64,000 bases of DNA from an uncultured Candidatus Saccharibacteria bacterium (GCA_964544225.1 CAZIZK010000001.1:54856-118855); one strand, 5' to 3'. Positions 28,410 to 38,055 are shown, numbered from the stretch's first letter. Made by a program: numbers and translations. The notes: generated from the sequence alone by a model not told the origin.

Positions 28410-28856
28410 TTACTTTTGAGTAGGCCAAGAAACAATTTGTCCGTAGTAGTAATCTGCGATTTGTTCCATATCCTCATTAAATGCTTTTTCGTTGTCTACT
28501 ACTTCTCCTAATCCAAAAAATAGAGAGTCTGGTTCGTGATTGATAAAGAAGTCGCCTTGAACACTGTCACAACTTGGACAAACATTTGCCCAGTAAGTTT
28601 CATCGCTCATTGCAGTATGTCTTTGTTTAAGAGTTGCAGGAATTGGTGCTGGTGGCTCGCTAATTTCGCCCGCTAGTAGCGAATCAGTCCATTTAAAGAT
28701 AATGATCTCCTTACCGCATTTCCAGCAGTTATAAGGGGCGTATCTATACTGATACCTTTGGGGAAGCGTAGTATTGGTCTCAGAAGCTATCTTGGCAATT
28801 AACTTCTTAAATTCAGTAGTTTTGTCCATTTCTTTATTATAAAAAATACAAACCAT
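28410..28856 (-). CDS. Zinc-ribbon-containing hypothetical protein
   Basis: Two Cys pairs, CWKCGKE and CPSCDS. Confidence 0.4.
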   Translation of the reverse strand: MVCIFYNKEMDKTTEFKKLIAKIASETNTTLPQRYQYRYAPYNCWKCGKEIIIFKWTDSLLAGEISEPPAPIPATLKQRHTAMSDETYWANVCPSCDSVQGDFFINHEPDSLFFGLGEVVDNEKAFNEDMEQIADYYYGQIVSWPTQK

Positions 28857-28899
28857 TAAAACAATTAGCGACCCACAAAGCTAAACTTCTACACCCAGA

Positions 28900-29130
28900 A
28901 CGTGCTAGAATATCCTTACAAGGGTTGAGCCTACGGGTACCATACCCGAGTACACCGCCAAAAAAAATAAAAACCTGAAAGGGTTTTATTTTTTGCGGGC
29001 GAGAAAGAGAACTGCTTCTCTTTCTTGTGAGATTCGAAAGACTTTTCCTTACGAGCATAGCGAGGTGGAAAAGTACCAGCCGTAGTATCGGCGAATCTCA
29101 CCGCCTCCGCAAAATTCATATTTTATTAAA
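28900..29130. other. GC-rich, highly structured non-coding region (candidate ncRNA, strand undetermined)
   Basis: Nested helices: gtgagattcg/cgaatctcac (10 bp, about 47 nt apart), agaaagagaa-ctgc-ttctctttct (10 bp hairpin), acttttcc/ggaaaagt (8 bp), and outer gcggaggcg/cgcccgc. No protein signal; the ORF-track ORFs here are short and overlapping. Confidence 0.3.
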
Positions 29131-29149
29131 ATAGTTATATAATATATTT

Positions 29150-30103
29150 ATGAAAAAGATATATTATGTTTTGGCATTATTATTAGCACTCCCAGCTACA
29201 GCCTTTGCCCATGTAAAATGGTTTGCAAAACCTATTGGGATAGAAGAGCCTTATAAACTCACTGATACGATAGTTATTGTATGGATTATTGTTTCAATCA
29301 TATTGATCACAATAGGGGTAGTGCTAGAAAAGAAATTAAAAATTCCAAAATGGTTCGGTTCCCATATTAATAATTGGAAGGCCGGAGCATTGTCTATCGC
29401 AAGTATTGGCTTTGGTTTATCATTTCTAATATTTTCACTAAAAGGATTTATATTTGCTCCGAACTTAGCACCGGTGGGCACTATTGGCATGTGGATGCTA
29501 CTTATCCAGGCAGTAGCTGGAGCTATGATATTACTAGGGTTTTATGAAAGGGTTGGTGGGTTCCTAATAATATTATTATTTATGTTGGGTGTAAAAGTCT
29601 ATGGAGGAATAGAAATGTTAGACACTATGGAGATGCTAGGCTTTGCCTTTTATGCAATCATTATCGGTAGGCCAAAATGGAAGATACGGGATTTAAATAT
29701 ATCTACTGACCGCCTAAAGCCTTATGGATTGCCAATACTTCGAATAGGAACAGGATTGAATCTTATCATACTTGGCTTTACCGAGAAGATACTGGCTACA
29801 CCTTTAACTAGCGACTTCCTAAGTCATTATAATTGGAATTTTATGCAGACTTTAGGATTCAGTAGCTTTACAAATCACTGGTTTGCATTCTCTGCGGGAA
29901 TGGTAGAGGTCCTGTTTGGAATATTCTTCCTACTTGGGCTTGTTACCAGGACAACTACGTTAGTTCTGGCAGTGTTCCTTATAAGCACACTCATACTTCT
30001 AGGACCACTAGAGTTAATAGGTCACCTACCCCACTTCTCTATCGCTATCGTATTATTAATACTAGGGTCTGGGTCTAAATTAATTCTAGTCAAAAATAAA
30101 TAA
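29150..30103 (+). CDS. DoxX-family polytopic membrane protein
   Basis: Signal peptide plus multiple TM helices; DoxX/DoxD-like hydrophobic pattern. Confidence 0.5.
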   Translation: MKKIYYVLALLLALPATAFAHVKWFAKPIGIEEPYKLTDTIVIVWIIVSIILITIGVVLEKKLKIPKWFGSHINNWKAGALSIASIGFGLSFLIFSLKGFIFAPNLAPVGTIGMWMLLIQAVAGAMILLGFYERVGGFLIILLFMLGVKVYGGIEMLDTMEMLGFAFYAIIIGRPKWKIRDLNISTDRLKPYGLPILRIGTGLNLIILGFTEKILATPLTSDFLSHYNWNFMQTLGFSSFTNHWFAFSAGMVEVLFGIFFLLGLVTRTTTLVLAVFLISTLILLGPLELIGHLPHFSIAIVLLILGSGSKLILVKNK

Positions 30104-30163
30104 ATTAATAAGCAAATAAAAAAGACTTCCGAAAGGAAGCCTTTTTAAAAAAATTAAATGTTT

Positions 30164-30613
30164 TCATGAACCTATTCCTAAGCCGTGCCCAGAAGTTGGT
30201 TTGATCAAGCAGAATTCAAATGTGGCTATATTCGAACTCACATAATCAAGATACTTTCTTGGGCAAACCACAAGATTTACAAAGTGTCCATTTTCACAAA
30301 TGATAATTTGTTTGACTTTGATTTCGTCATCGATCCAAGCATCTCTTTTGTATGATGGTCTGGTTTGACGAATAAAAAAATCTTTGAGAATTTTACCGAA
30401 ACTTTTTGTAGGAGTTATACATTCTGCTACAATGATAGTCCCTAAGGGTTTAGAATCTTGTATTTTTTTCTGAAGTACACTGTCATTGATAGTATTTTCA
30501 GATACAAAATTTAAGAAATTAAATTCTAAATTCTCAAATTTTTCTTTTAATAAATTTACAATCTTTTCAGCCATTTCTGGCAATTGTGAGCTGGACTCTA
30601 GTTTGCTTTCCAT
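30164..30613 (-). CDS. Hypothetical protein (149 aa)
   Basis: ORF only. Confidence 0.4.
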   Translation of the reverse strand: MESKLESSSQLPEMAEKIVNLLKEKFENLEFNFLNFVSENTINDSVLQKKIQDSKPLGTIIVAECITPTKSFGKILKDFFIRQTRPSYKRDAWIDDEIKVKQIIICENGHFVNLVVCPRKYLDYVSSNIATFEFCLIKPTSGHGLGIGS

Positions 30614-30691
30614 ATTAAATTCTTTTTTCTTTAATATATCAGAAAATTGGGTATTTTCAAAGCTGGGTTTTGTTACCTATTTTTGATATAA

Positions 30692-31450
30692 TTGCCCTAT
30701 ATGGATACAGAAGACATAAAGAAAGAGAACGAGCATCTAAAGAGTATCAATGCTGTTAAAAGCGATTTGATATCTATATCATCTCATCAATTACGCACAT
30801 CACTATCTGCACTAAAGTGGATGATAAAAATGTTCCAAGACAAGGATCTAGGCCCCCTTTCCAACGAGCAAGGTGAGTTTCTGTCCAAGATGTCCGACAG
30901 TAACGAACGCATGATAAAGCTCGTAAACAATATGCTAACACTGAACCATGCCGAGGACACAGCATTGAAGTTCGACATACAAACAACTGATATAAAGGAA
31001 CTCTTGGATGAAACAATATTTGAATTCCTAGGTGAGTCACACAAGAAAAGTATCGAGCTTGTATACATAAACAAAGATAGCAAAGTTCCTGATATAAAGT
31101 GCGACAAGGAAATGGTGCGTGTTGTGTTACAGAACTTAGTAGAGAACGCTATTAAATATAGTGACCCAAATGACAAAGTATTTATCTCTACAAAGCTTGC
31201 AGATAATATGCTTGAGATCTCTGTCCACGACACAGGTATCGGTATCAATGAAATGGACAAGGGTCATATATTCGACAAATTCTATCGTGCAGACAATGCA
31301 AAGGATAAAGACTCGGTTGGTTCCGGGCTTGGCCTGTTTACAGCAAAGAAGATCATCGAATATCACCATGGGCGTATGTGGTTCGAGTCAGAGAAAGACA
31401 TGGGGACAACCTTCTTTATAGCATTGCCTACTAATACAAGCGTGGTATAA
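30692..31450 (+). CDS. Cytoplasmic sensor histidine kinase (HisKA plus HATPase_c, no TM)
   Basis: H-box SHQLRTSLSAL, N-box NLVENAIKYS, G-boxes DTGIGI and GSGLGL. Confidence 0.8.
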   Translation: MPYMDTEDIKKENEHLKSINAVKSDLISISSHQLRTSLSALKWMIKMFQDKDLGPLSNEQGEFLSKMSDSNERMIKLVNNMLTLNHAEDTALKFDIQTTDIKELLDETIFEFLGESHKKSIELVYINKDSKVPDIKCDKEMVRVVLQNLVENAIKYSDPNDKVFISTKLADNMLEISVHDTGIGINEMDKGHIFDKFYRADNAKDKDSVGSGLGLFTAKKIIEYHHGRMWFESEKDMGTTFFIALPTNTSVV

Positions 31451-31457
31451 TTGTCAT

Positions 31458-31826
31458 ATGAGCAAAATACTTGTAATTGAAGACGACACATTTCTACAGA
31501 CTTTGGAAGTTAGTAAGTTGAAGAAGGAGAATCACGAAATATATTCTGCTGCCTCTGGTGAAGACGCAATGAAGAAGATCAATACTCCGGGTATCGAGCT
31601 TGTATTACTAGATCTAGTACTTCCTAACTTTGACGGGTTCGAAATATTGAAAAAGATCCGCGAGACAGAAGCGATAAAGGCTATACCTGTTATTGTGTTC
31701 TCCAACTTATCAGAAGAGTCCGATGTAAAGAAAGCAAAAGAGTTAGGAGCAACCGACTTTATGGTCAAATCCAACTTTACTCTAGACGAATTGATGGAGC
31801 GTATCAGGCTCGTATTGAAGAAATAG
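31458..31826 (+). CDS. Single-domain response regulator (CheY-like receiver)
   Basis: ILVIEDD, DLVLP (phospho-accepting Asp), conserved Lys near the C-terminus. No output domain. Confidence 0.8.
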   Translation: MSKILVIEDDTFLQTLEVSKLKKENHEIYSAASGEDAMKKINTPGIELVLLDLVLPNFDGFEILKKIRETEAIKAIPVIVFSNLSEESDVKKAKELGATDFMVKSNFTLDELMERIRLVLKK

Positions 31827-31986
31827 ATATATAATAAAATCCCCTCTTTTACAAAAGAGGGGATTTATTTATGTAGTGTTATAATACTTTTATGCAAGAC
31901 AATACAGTAACAAGAAAGGAAAAGGCCCGGGCCATACTACTGTTAATATTACTTATTATAATAGGAGGGCTTGTAATGTATAGCAA

Positions 31987-34158
31987 ATGAAACTAAACGA
32001 TAATATCGAAATACATTTTCGTATTGATATAAACCAAAAGAAAGCTTTGGCTCGTTTAGGTATCCATACTATACATGATCTACTATACTTCTTCCCTACT
32101 CGATACACCGACATATCACAGATACGCAGTATCAACACCCTTGCAGACGGCGATACAGCTACAATCATAGGTTCCATATCTAAACTTGAAACAAAGAAAA
32201 GCTTCAAGAGTAAAGTCGCAATGGGTAAAGCCACATTGTCTGACATGTCTGGTCATATCAATATTGTTTGGTTCCACCAACCATATCTGGCAAAAATGAT
32301 GAAAGATGGTCAGACAGTATCGGTAACAGGGCGTGTAACCATGCACAAGACTTATGGCCTAACACTCACCAACCCAGAGATATCCAAGACCGACATACTT
32401 CCAATAGATACTCACAATTCAATATTTGCAAAGGAAGATAATATAAAGAGCAACTTTGGCTACCCTGTTTATCCAGAGACAAAGGGTATAACAAGCAAGT
32501 GGATATATCATGCAATACAGAAGATATTGAAGGATGAGAGTATAAAGAATATTAATGAATATATCCCAGACAAAATAATAAACAAATACAAGTTACCACA
32601 TATATACACAGCCCTTGTGTGGATACATATGCCAAACAAAAAGGAACATGCCGATGTTGCCCGCAAGCGTTTTGCGTTCGAAGAAGTATTCCTAATACAA
32701 CTAGCCCGATGGCAGGAACGTAAGGCTTATGAAGAACTATTCTCTTACAAACTACAAGTACCCGAGAAGGATGTAGCAGACTTTGTATCCCATTTCCCTT
32801 TTACCCCGACCAATTCACAAACCAATGCACTAAACGCAATCCTTGAAGACATCAAAATGGATAAACCCATGTCACGCCTGGTAGAGGGTGATGTAGGTAG
32901 TGGCAAGACATTCGTAGCAGCAACTGTTGCCTATGCGGTTATAAAGAACAGGCCTGTGGGCCAGAATTTCGGCAACTTGCAAGTAGCCTATATGGCCCCG
33001 ACCGAAGTATTGGCGACACAACTGTTTGAAAGCTTTATCGAATACTTCAAACATACAGGCATATCTATAGGCCTGGTTACCGGCTCGGGGTGTCGCAAGT
33101 TCCCTACCAAAGTGGCCTCGGCCCAAACACCGTGGACCAATATATCAAAGAGTCAGTTACTCAAATGGGTGGAGAATGGTGAAATACCGATCCTGATAGG
33201 AACCCATGCATTGATATCAAAGAGTGTAAAGTTCGAGGATTTGGCCCTAGTGATTATCGACGAGCAACACCGCTTCGGTACTAATCAGCGCATGAAGCTC
33301 GCAAAGAAGGAAGGTCATGCCCCACACTACCTATCAATGACAGCCACCCCTATCCCCCGTACATTGGCACTGACTATATACGGTGACTTGGACTTGTCGA
33401 TCATAGATGAGATGCCAGCTGGAAGAAAAAAAGTGATCACTGAGATAATTACCGAAAATAAAAGGAATAATGCTTACGAAAATATAAAAAAAGAATTAAA
33501 AGAAGGCCGTCAAGCTTATGTTATATGCCCACGTATCGATGCCCCAGATGAAGACGAGGAAAATAAATTGAATGTAAAGTCAGTCACATCGGAAGCAACA
33601 CGTCTACAGAAAGATGTATTTCCTAATTACCGTATCGGCATTATGCACAGCAAGATGACCAAGCAAAAGAAGGAGGATATAATGCAGGAATTCAAAGATC
33701 ATGAAATAGATATATTGGTATCCACATCAGTTATAGAAGTGGGGGTCAATGTACCGAATGCAACTTCGATAATTATCGAGGGTGCAGAACGATTTGGCCT
33801 AGCCCAGCTACACCAGCTTCGTGGACGTGTGATACGTAGTAATCACCAATCATATTGTTACTTATTTGCCGACGCAAAGACTGAGAAGACTTTAGATAGG
33901 CTAAAGGCTATGACAAGTGCATCGAACGGCTTTGAACTTGCCGAGCTTGATCTAGCACAGCGTGGAGCCGGAATACTCTCTGGAGGCAAGCAATGGGGTA
34001 TCACCGATTTAGGGATGGAAGCTATAAAGAATATTAAATTGGTCGAGGCTGCCCGCACCGAAGCCCACCAACTTATCGATATCGACACTCACCTAGACTC
34101 GTACCCACACTTGCGCCAAACCCTAGCATCCAAAGAGTTCACTTTGCACTTTGAATAA
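31987..34158 (+). CDS. recG: ATP-dependent DNA helicase RecG
   Basis: Wedge/OB N-terminus, helicase motifs GDVGSGKT, DEQHRFG, TATPIPRTL. Confidence 0.9.
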   Translation: MKLNDNIEIHFRIDINQKKALARLGIHTIHDLLYFFPTRYTDISQIRSINTLADGDTATIIGSISKLETKKSFKSKVAMGKATLSDMSGHINIVWFHQPYLAKMMKDGQTVSVTGRVTMHKTYGLTLTNPEISKTDILPIDTHNSIFAKEDNIKSNFGYPVYPETKGITSKWIYHAIQKILKDESIKNINEYIPDKIINKYKLPHIYTALVWIHMPNKKEHADVARKRFAFEEVFLIQLARWQERKAYEELFSYKLQVPEKDVADFVSHFPFTPTNSQTNALNAILEDIKMDKPMSRLVEGDVGSGKTFVAATVAYAVIKNRPVGQNFGNLQVAYMAPTEVLATQLFESFIEYFKHTGISIGLVTGSGCRKFPTKVASAQTPWTNISKSQLLKWVENGEIPILIGTHALISKSVKFEDLALVIIDEQHRFGTNQRMKLAKKEGHAPHYLSMTATPIPRTLALTIYGDLDLSIIDEMPAGRKKVITEIITENKRNNAYENIKKELKEGRQAYVICPRIDAPDEDEENKLNVKSVTSEATRLQKDVFPNYRIGIMHSKMTKQKKEDIMQEFKDHEIDILVSTSVIEVGVNVPNATSIIIEGAERFGLAQLHQLRGRVIRSNHQSYCYLFADAKTEKTLDRLKAMTSASNGFELAELDLAQRGAGILSGGKQWGITDLGMEAIKNIKLVEAARTEAHQLIDIDTHLDSYPHLRQTLASKEFTLHFE

Positions 34159-35319
34159 TCAATGAATGTGAGAGTGGGCATGCTCTCCATTATTTTTAAA
34201 CTTTCTACCATGTAACATATATACAGATATAGCAGTAGTGATAGGCACAGCCAGGACAAGACCAATAGAACCGATGATTGCACGAATTATCTCAGATGCA
34301 AACATTTCTCTATTTATGAGTGTCACAAACGAACCTTGAGTGGGAAAAGCAAACAATACAAGTAGTGGTAAGGCTGCTCCGACATAAGCAATAGCTAAAG
34401 TATTGACCAAAGCCCCAATATGTTCACGGCCAATACGTAAAGATCTAGTAAAAACATATTTTTTAGAAAGTTTTCCATCTGCACGCCACAACTCTTCCAC
34501 AGATATAGCCTGCCCTATCGCGGAATCATATAAAACTCCCAACAAGCCAATAATTATACTTCCTAATAATAAACCTTGCAGGTCTATTGCTCCACGACTG
34601 TTAAGTGTTAGATATATAGCCTCTTCAGAATCAAGTCCAGACAAAGTGGTAACTTTGACTGCAATATATGATAATAATCCAGTAATAATTACCGTTGTGA
34701 CCATACCAACAACAGCGCTAGATGTTGTCCTATTAAAACCATGTGTTATATAAGAACCTACAATACTAATAAGTGACGCCACGACACAACTAATCAATAA
34801 AGGTGATGTTCCTTGTACAATCTGTGGCAATAATAAATAGAATATCAAAAACAAACCTCCGAGCAATGACAATAAACCTCGTATACCTTGTATACCTCCA
34901 AAGATAATAACAAGTACAATAAACAATAAAACAAAGAATATAATCCAAGGTATCCTGTTTACATCCGATACCGCGTATGTAATACGGCCATCATCACCAC
35001 GAGTTATTTTAAGTAGATAGAACCTCTGCCCTTCTTTTAGTTGTATATAATCATTATCAAATGAGACAACCTCATCTGTATTGTCACCACTTAATATTTT
35101 GGCTTTTACTTTTTGGTATTTTGTAACAGTATCAGTTCCTAGTACATCTTTCTGACCCAAATCCTCGACACTAATAACTTTGGCCTTCAATGATTCTTGT
35201 TTGTCTTGGATAACACTGTTAGCACAAGCGGTATTACTAAACAAACTAAATAAAAATAAAAATAATATAATCTTTTTCATATTATTTACTACATTCTTTA
35301 CATAAACCGAATAATTCAA
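34159..35319 (-). CDS. YibE/F-family membrane protein (likely true start at internal MKKIILFLF)
   Basis: Signal peptide plus a periplasmic segment followed by about eight TM helices, typical of YibE/F. Confidence 0.55.
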   Translation of the reverse strand: MNYSVYVKNVVNNMKKIILFLFLFSLFSNTACANSVIQDKQESLKAKVISVEDLGQKDVLGTDTVTKYQKVKAKILSGDNTDEVVSFDNDYIQLKEGQRFYLLKITRGDDGRITYAVSDVNRIPWIIFFVLLFIVLVIIFGGIQGIRGLLSLLGGLFLIFYLLLPQIVQGTSPLLISCVVASLISIVGSYITHGFNRTTSSAVVGMVTTVIITGLLSYIAVKVTTLSGLDSEEAIYLTLNSRGAIDLQGLLLGSIIIGLLGVLYDSAIGQAISVEELWRADGKLSKKYVFTRSLRIGREHIGALVNTLAIAYVGAALPLLVLFAFPTQGSFVTLINREMFASEIIRAIIGSIGLVLAVPITTAISVYMLHGRKFKNNGEHAHSHIH

Positions 35320-35713
35320 AAGAGTGTGTTGTGACTGATTTAAAATCTTTTGTTTGTTGTAAAGCTTTTCTTATTAGATTGTCGGATCCACAACCTACAA
35401 AATCATTTATTTTTTTACACATGGTACACACTATATGATGGTGATCATGCTTCGCATCTACTATCTCAAAGTATGGAACAGAGTCCTGTAAGTCTATCTG
35501 CTTTACCAAGTTAGCATCCTTGAACATAGCCAATATACGGTACAATGTCACTTCGTGTGCACCAGAGAACTTGATCTTCTTCACAAGATCTTTGAGTGTC
35601 ACTGGTTTGGAACTATTAGATAATAATGCTAATAACTCTACCCTCTGGCTAGTTGCCTTTATATTAGCTTGGTTTAAAATATTTTTATATTTTTCTATTT
35701 CAGATGATTTCAT
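35282..35713 (-). CDS. Fur-family metalloregulator (Zur-like)
   Basis: N-terminal DNA-binding helix TSQRVELL; C-terminal HDHHH and CxxC...CxxC metal sites; divergent from zupT. Confidence 0.75.
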   Translation of the reverse strand: MKSSEIEKYKNILNQANIKATSQRVELLALLSNSSKPVTLKDLVKKIKFSGAHEVTLYRILAMFKDANLVKQIDLQDSVPYFEIVDAKHDHHHIVCTMCKKINDFVGCGSDNLIRKALQQTKDFKSVTTHSFELFGLCKECSK

Positions 35714-35760
35714 ATACTAACTATATATTACTGTACAATAATTACAATATAGCATGTGTA

Positions 35761-35793
35761 TAAACTACTTGCAAATTATTTGCAAGTAGTTTA
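35761..35793. promoter_or_regulatory. Perfect 33-bp palindrome TAAACTACTTGCAAAT-T-ATTTGCAAGTAGTTTA in the zur/zupT intergenic region; candidate Fur-family (Zur) operator
   Basis: Exact dyad symmetry between the divergent Fur-family gene and the ZIP transporter gene. Confidence 0.6.
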
Positions 35794-35829
35794 TATTAAA
35801 AATATATCCATATTAAACAAATAAATTTT

Positions 35830-36543
35830 ATGACAACAACATTATTAGCGTTATCGGGAGTTTCTATAATACCAATACTAATTACTCTAATGTTCCCTAA
35901 AAATAGAGCTTTCTTCGAGCGTAGTAGTGTTCGGGGGTTCGGATTGGGTGTATATCTTATATTGGTAGTTATCCTGTTGCGTGAAGCAATAGAACAGAGC
36001 GGTGTTTTAACTGGTAGTGGTTGGTTCTTTGCTGGCCTAGTTATAAGTTTATTAATAGGTGTCGTATTTAAAGAGTTCCATCATCATCACAATAGTGAAG
36101 AAAAAGTACATAGCCACAACAAAAGTAGTATGTGGAGAATATTGATATCTGATTTTTTCCACAATATTGTCGATGGTATAGCAATTATAGCCGGCTTTGC
36201 TGTGAACCCAAGTGTGGGGTTAGCCTCATTTTTAGGCATCTTGGGGCACCAAACAATACAACAAGCAGGCCAACAGATACTATTGGTTGAAAGTGGCACA
36301 AAAACCAATAAAGCAATATTTATATCTTTTCTTGTATCCCTCAGTATCTTTCTTGGATTTGTATTTCAACATAATGCAAGTCTCGAAGTAATATTTATGG
36401 CTTTATCTGCTGGTATAGTTGCATGGAAATTAATAGCCGATATTTCACACGCAAAATGGAACAAGAATATGGTATTAGGATTTGCTTTTGGTGCATTTAT
36501 ATTGGCACTTATATTGGTTGTTGTACCTCATGTCCATGAATAA
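35830..36543 (+). CDS. zupT: ZIP-family zinc transporter (ZupT-like)
   Basis: His-rich loop EFHHHHNSEEKVHSHN, HNIVDGIAI motif, eight TM helices. Confidence 0.75.
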   Translation: MTTTLLALSGVSIIPILITLMFPKNRAFFERSSVRGFGLGVYLILVVILLREAIEQSGVLTGSGWFFAGLVISLLIGVVFKEFHHHHNSEEKVHSHNKSSMWRILISDFFHNIVDGIAIIAGFAVNPSVGLASFLGILGHQTIQQAGQQILLVESGTKTNKAIFISFLVSLSIFLGFVFQHNASLEVIFMALSAGIVAWKLIADISHAKWNKNMVLGFAFGAFILALILVVVPHVHE

Positions 36544-36661
36544 ATAAAGCTTTAGCTTTTTGTCGTCACAGATAATTTCTCGCCGTCGCTCGAAATTTCC
36601 GCGACCCCGGCTCGCTATTTTTTCTACTAAAAAAATAAAGCTTCGCCTCGGACAAGTATAG

Positions 36662-36689
36662 AAAAAAGTGGAGTCATCCACTTTTTTCA
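36662..36689. terminator. Bidirectional intrinsic terminator
   Basis: aaaaaa-GTGGA-gtca-TCCAC-tttttt. Confidence 0.7.
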
Positions 36690-36694
36690 TATTG

Positions 36695-36768
36695 TCCGCC
36701 TTCATGGATTCGAACCATGGACCCCAGAGGTATAAGCTCTGTGCTCTAACCAACTGAGCTAAAGGCGG
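36695..36768 (-). tRNA. tRNA with anticodon UAU (reads AUA; tRNA-Ile2-type), 74 nt, no encoded CCA
   Basis: Minus strand CCGCCTT-TA-GCTC-AGTTGGTTA-GAGC-A-CAGAG-CTTATAC-CTCTG-GGGTC-CATGG-TTCGAAT-CCATG-AAGGCGG-A. Canonical U8, A14, G18G19, U33, A37 and the T-loop TTCGAAT are present; the 1:72 pair is C:G. Confidence 0.7.
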
Positions 36769-36810
36769 ATTGGTTTTTATATACTACCTGAAAATCGACT
36801 CACTTGCAAA

Positions 36811-38055
36811 CTACCCTGTCCTACTTACCATAGCCCCATCTTCTATATCATTCTTTGCTATTTCGTTCATTATAATCAGGAAGTACTCGGGTTTGATCAT
36901 GCGATAGAACTGGTCAGCCCCATCCCCCAATTTACCTTCTTTGTGCAACTTTTGTAACATCAGATAATGCTCCTTTGTAAATGTGTCGCCATATTTCTTT
37001 ACCCCTAATTTTTCTAATTCGTATTCCAATTCTTTTTTGCGCGCATCTATTTCTGTAGGGCGACCATAATAAGTCATGTTGTATTCCTTCTTGTATTTGG
37101 ATTCTATCTCTATTTCATCTTTTTTGTTCAACATACTACTATCGAAAGCAGTTCGATACAAACTATCTGCCTTGGAAGATAAGAGGCTGTCACCATCGGT
37201 AGACTCGTGAGTAAATTCGTGAACACCTACTGTATGTATGTCTCTAGGATCACTAGATGCAGAAAAGTGCGTATTTCTACCTTCAAAAGAATAAAAAGCG
37301 TTAGCGTTACCCATAGCATTTGGTGCATCTTTTACAACAAAGTTAGAATCCTTCTCTACATTCTGTATCCTTTCTGATATGTCATATGGAATATGACCAC
37401 CATACTCCTTTGCAAGCCGTGCTTGGTACTCGGGTGACTTCATAATACCTAGTAGCCACTGCCTCTGCACCTCGTATTGCTTGAATATATACTCGAGTCT
37501 TTCTTGCTCTTCTTTATAGAACTTGATCTTGTCCTTCTGGCCCATATCCTCTACTGTAGAATATGCATTCATAAATTCGTTTAAACCATTCTGGAAAGTG
37601 ACCAGGCTTGTAGATAGAAATTCGAGCTCGGCAGAATCGCCAGTCTTTGGGTTGAAATTCTTTTTATAATCTTCAATCTTTTTTATATTGACCTTGATTT
37701 CATTTATCTTGGCTTTATACATATCAAGCTGTTCTTGCCTCCACTGTTTAAATTCATTATCGTGATCCATTAGTTTTGTAAATGTTGCAAAGTCTTTTAC
37801 TTCGGACAATACATACTCGTGCTTGTTAGACACATCGACATTATTTTTAACATTACTATTCTGAGCTTCTGCAGATGTAGCAAATGCGGATACAGCAGAT
37901 AGAACACCGATCTTTATCAGATCTTTTATCCTTTGTCTTGATTCAGTTGGGTTCTTCACCTCACCTTTTGGAAGCTCGATAAAGTCTGGGGCCTTTTCGC
38001 CTTTTGATTCGTTAACCGTATTAGTATTTGGTGTGGACTCAAAAGAAAACTTCAT
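36811..38055 (-). CDS. Hypothetical secreted/anchored protein with an HExxH zinc-metallopeptidase-like motif
   Basis: VGVHEFTHE motif; coiled-coil-rich middle region; N-terminal hydrophobic segment. Confidence 0.4.
   Translation of the reverse strand: MKFSFESTPNTNTVNESKGEKAPDFIELPKGEVKNPTESRQRIKDLIKIGVLSAVSAFATSAEAQNSNVKNNVDVSNKHEYVLSEVKDFATFTKLMDHDNEFKQWRQEQLDMYKAKINEIKVNIKKIEDYKKNFNPKTGDSAELEFLSTSLVTFQNGLNEFMNAYSTVEDMGQKDKIKFYKEEQERLEYIFKQYEVQRQWLLGIMKSPEYQARLAKEYGGHIPYDISERIQNVEKDSNFVVKDAPNAMGNANAFYSFEGRNTHFSASSDPRDIHTVGVHEFTHESTDGDSLLSSKADSLYRTAFDSSMLNKKDEIEIESKYKKEYNMTYYGRPTEIDARKKELEYELEKLGVKKYGDTFTKEHYLMLQKLHKEGKLGDGADQFYRMIKPEYFLIIMNEIAKNDIEDGAMVSRTG

Noticed and set aside
28837-29119. 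Two overlapping minus-strand ORFs (73 and 62 aa) in the structured region 28.9-29.1 kb; also considered a second tmRNA or tRNA-like gene because of TTCGAATC-like strings
   Set aside because: The ORFs overlap each other out of frame and are S/R/K-rich. No cloverleaf with D- and T-arms can be drawn, and a genuine ssrA exists at 40.8 kb. The region is kept only as an unassigned structured element.
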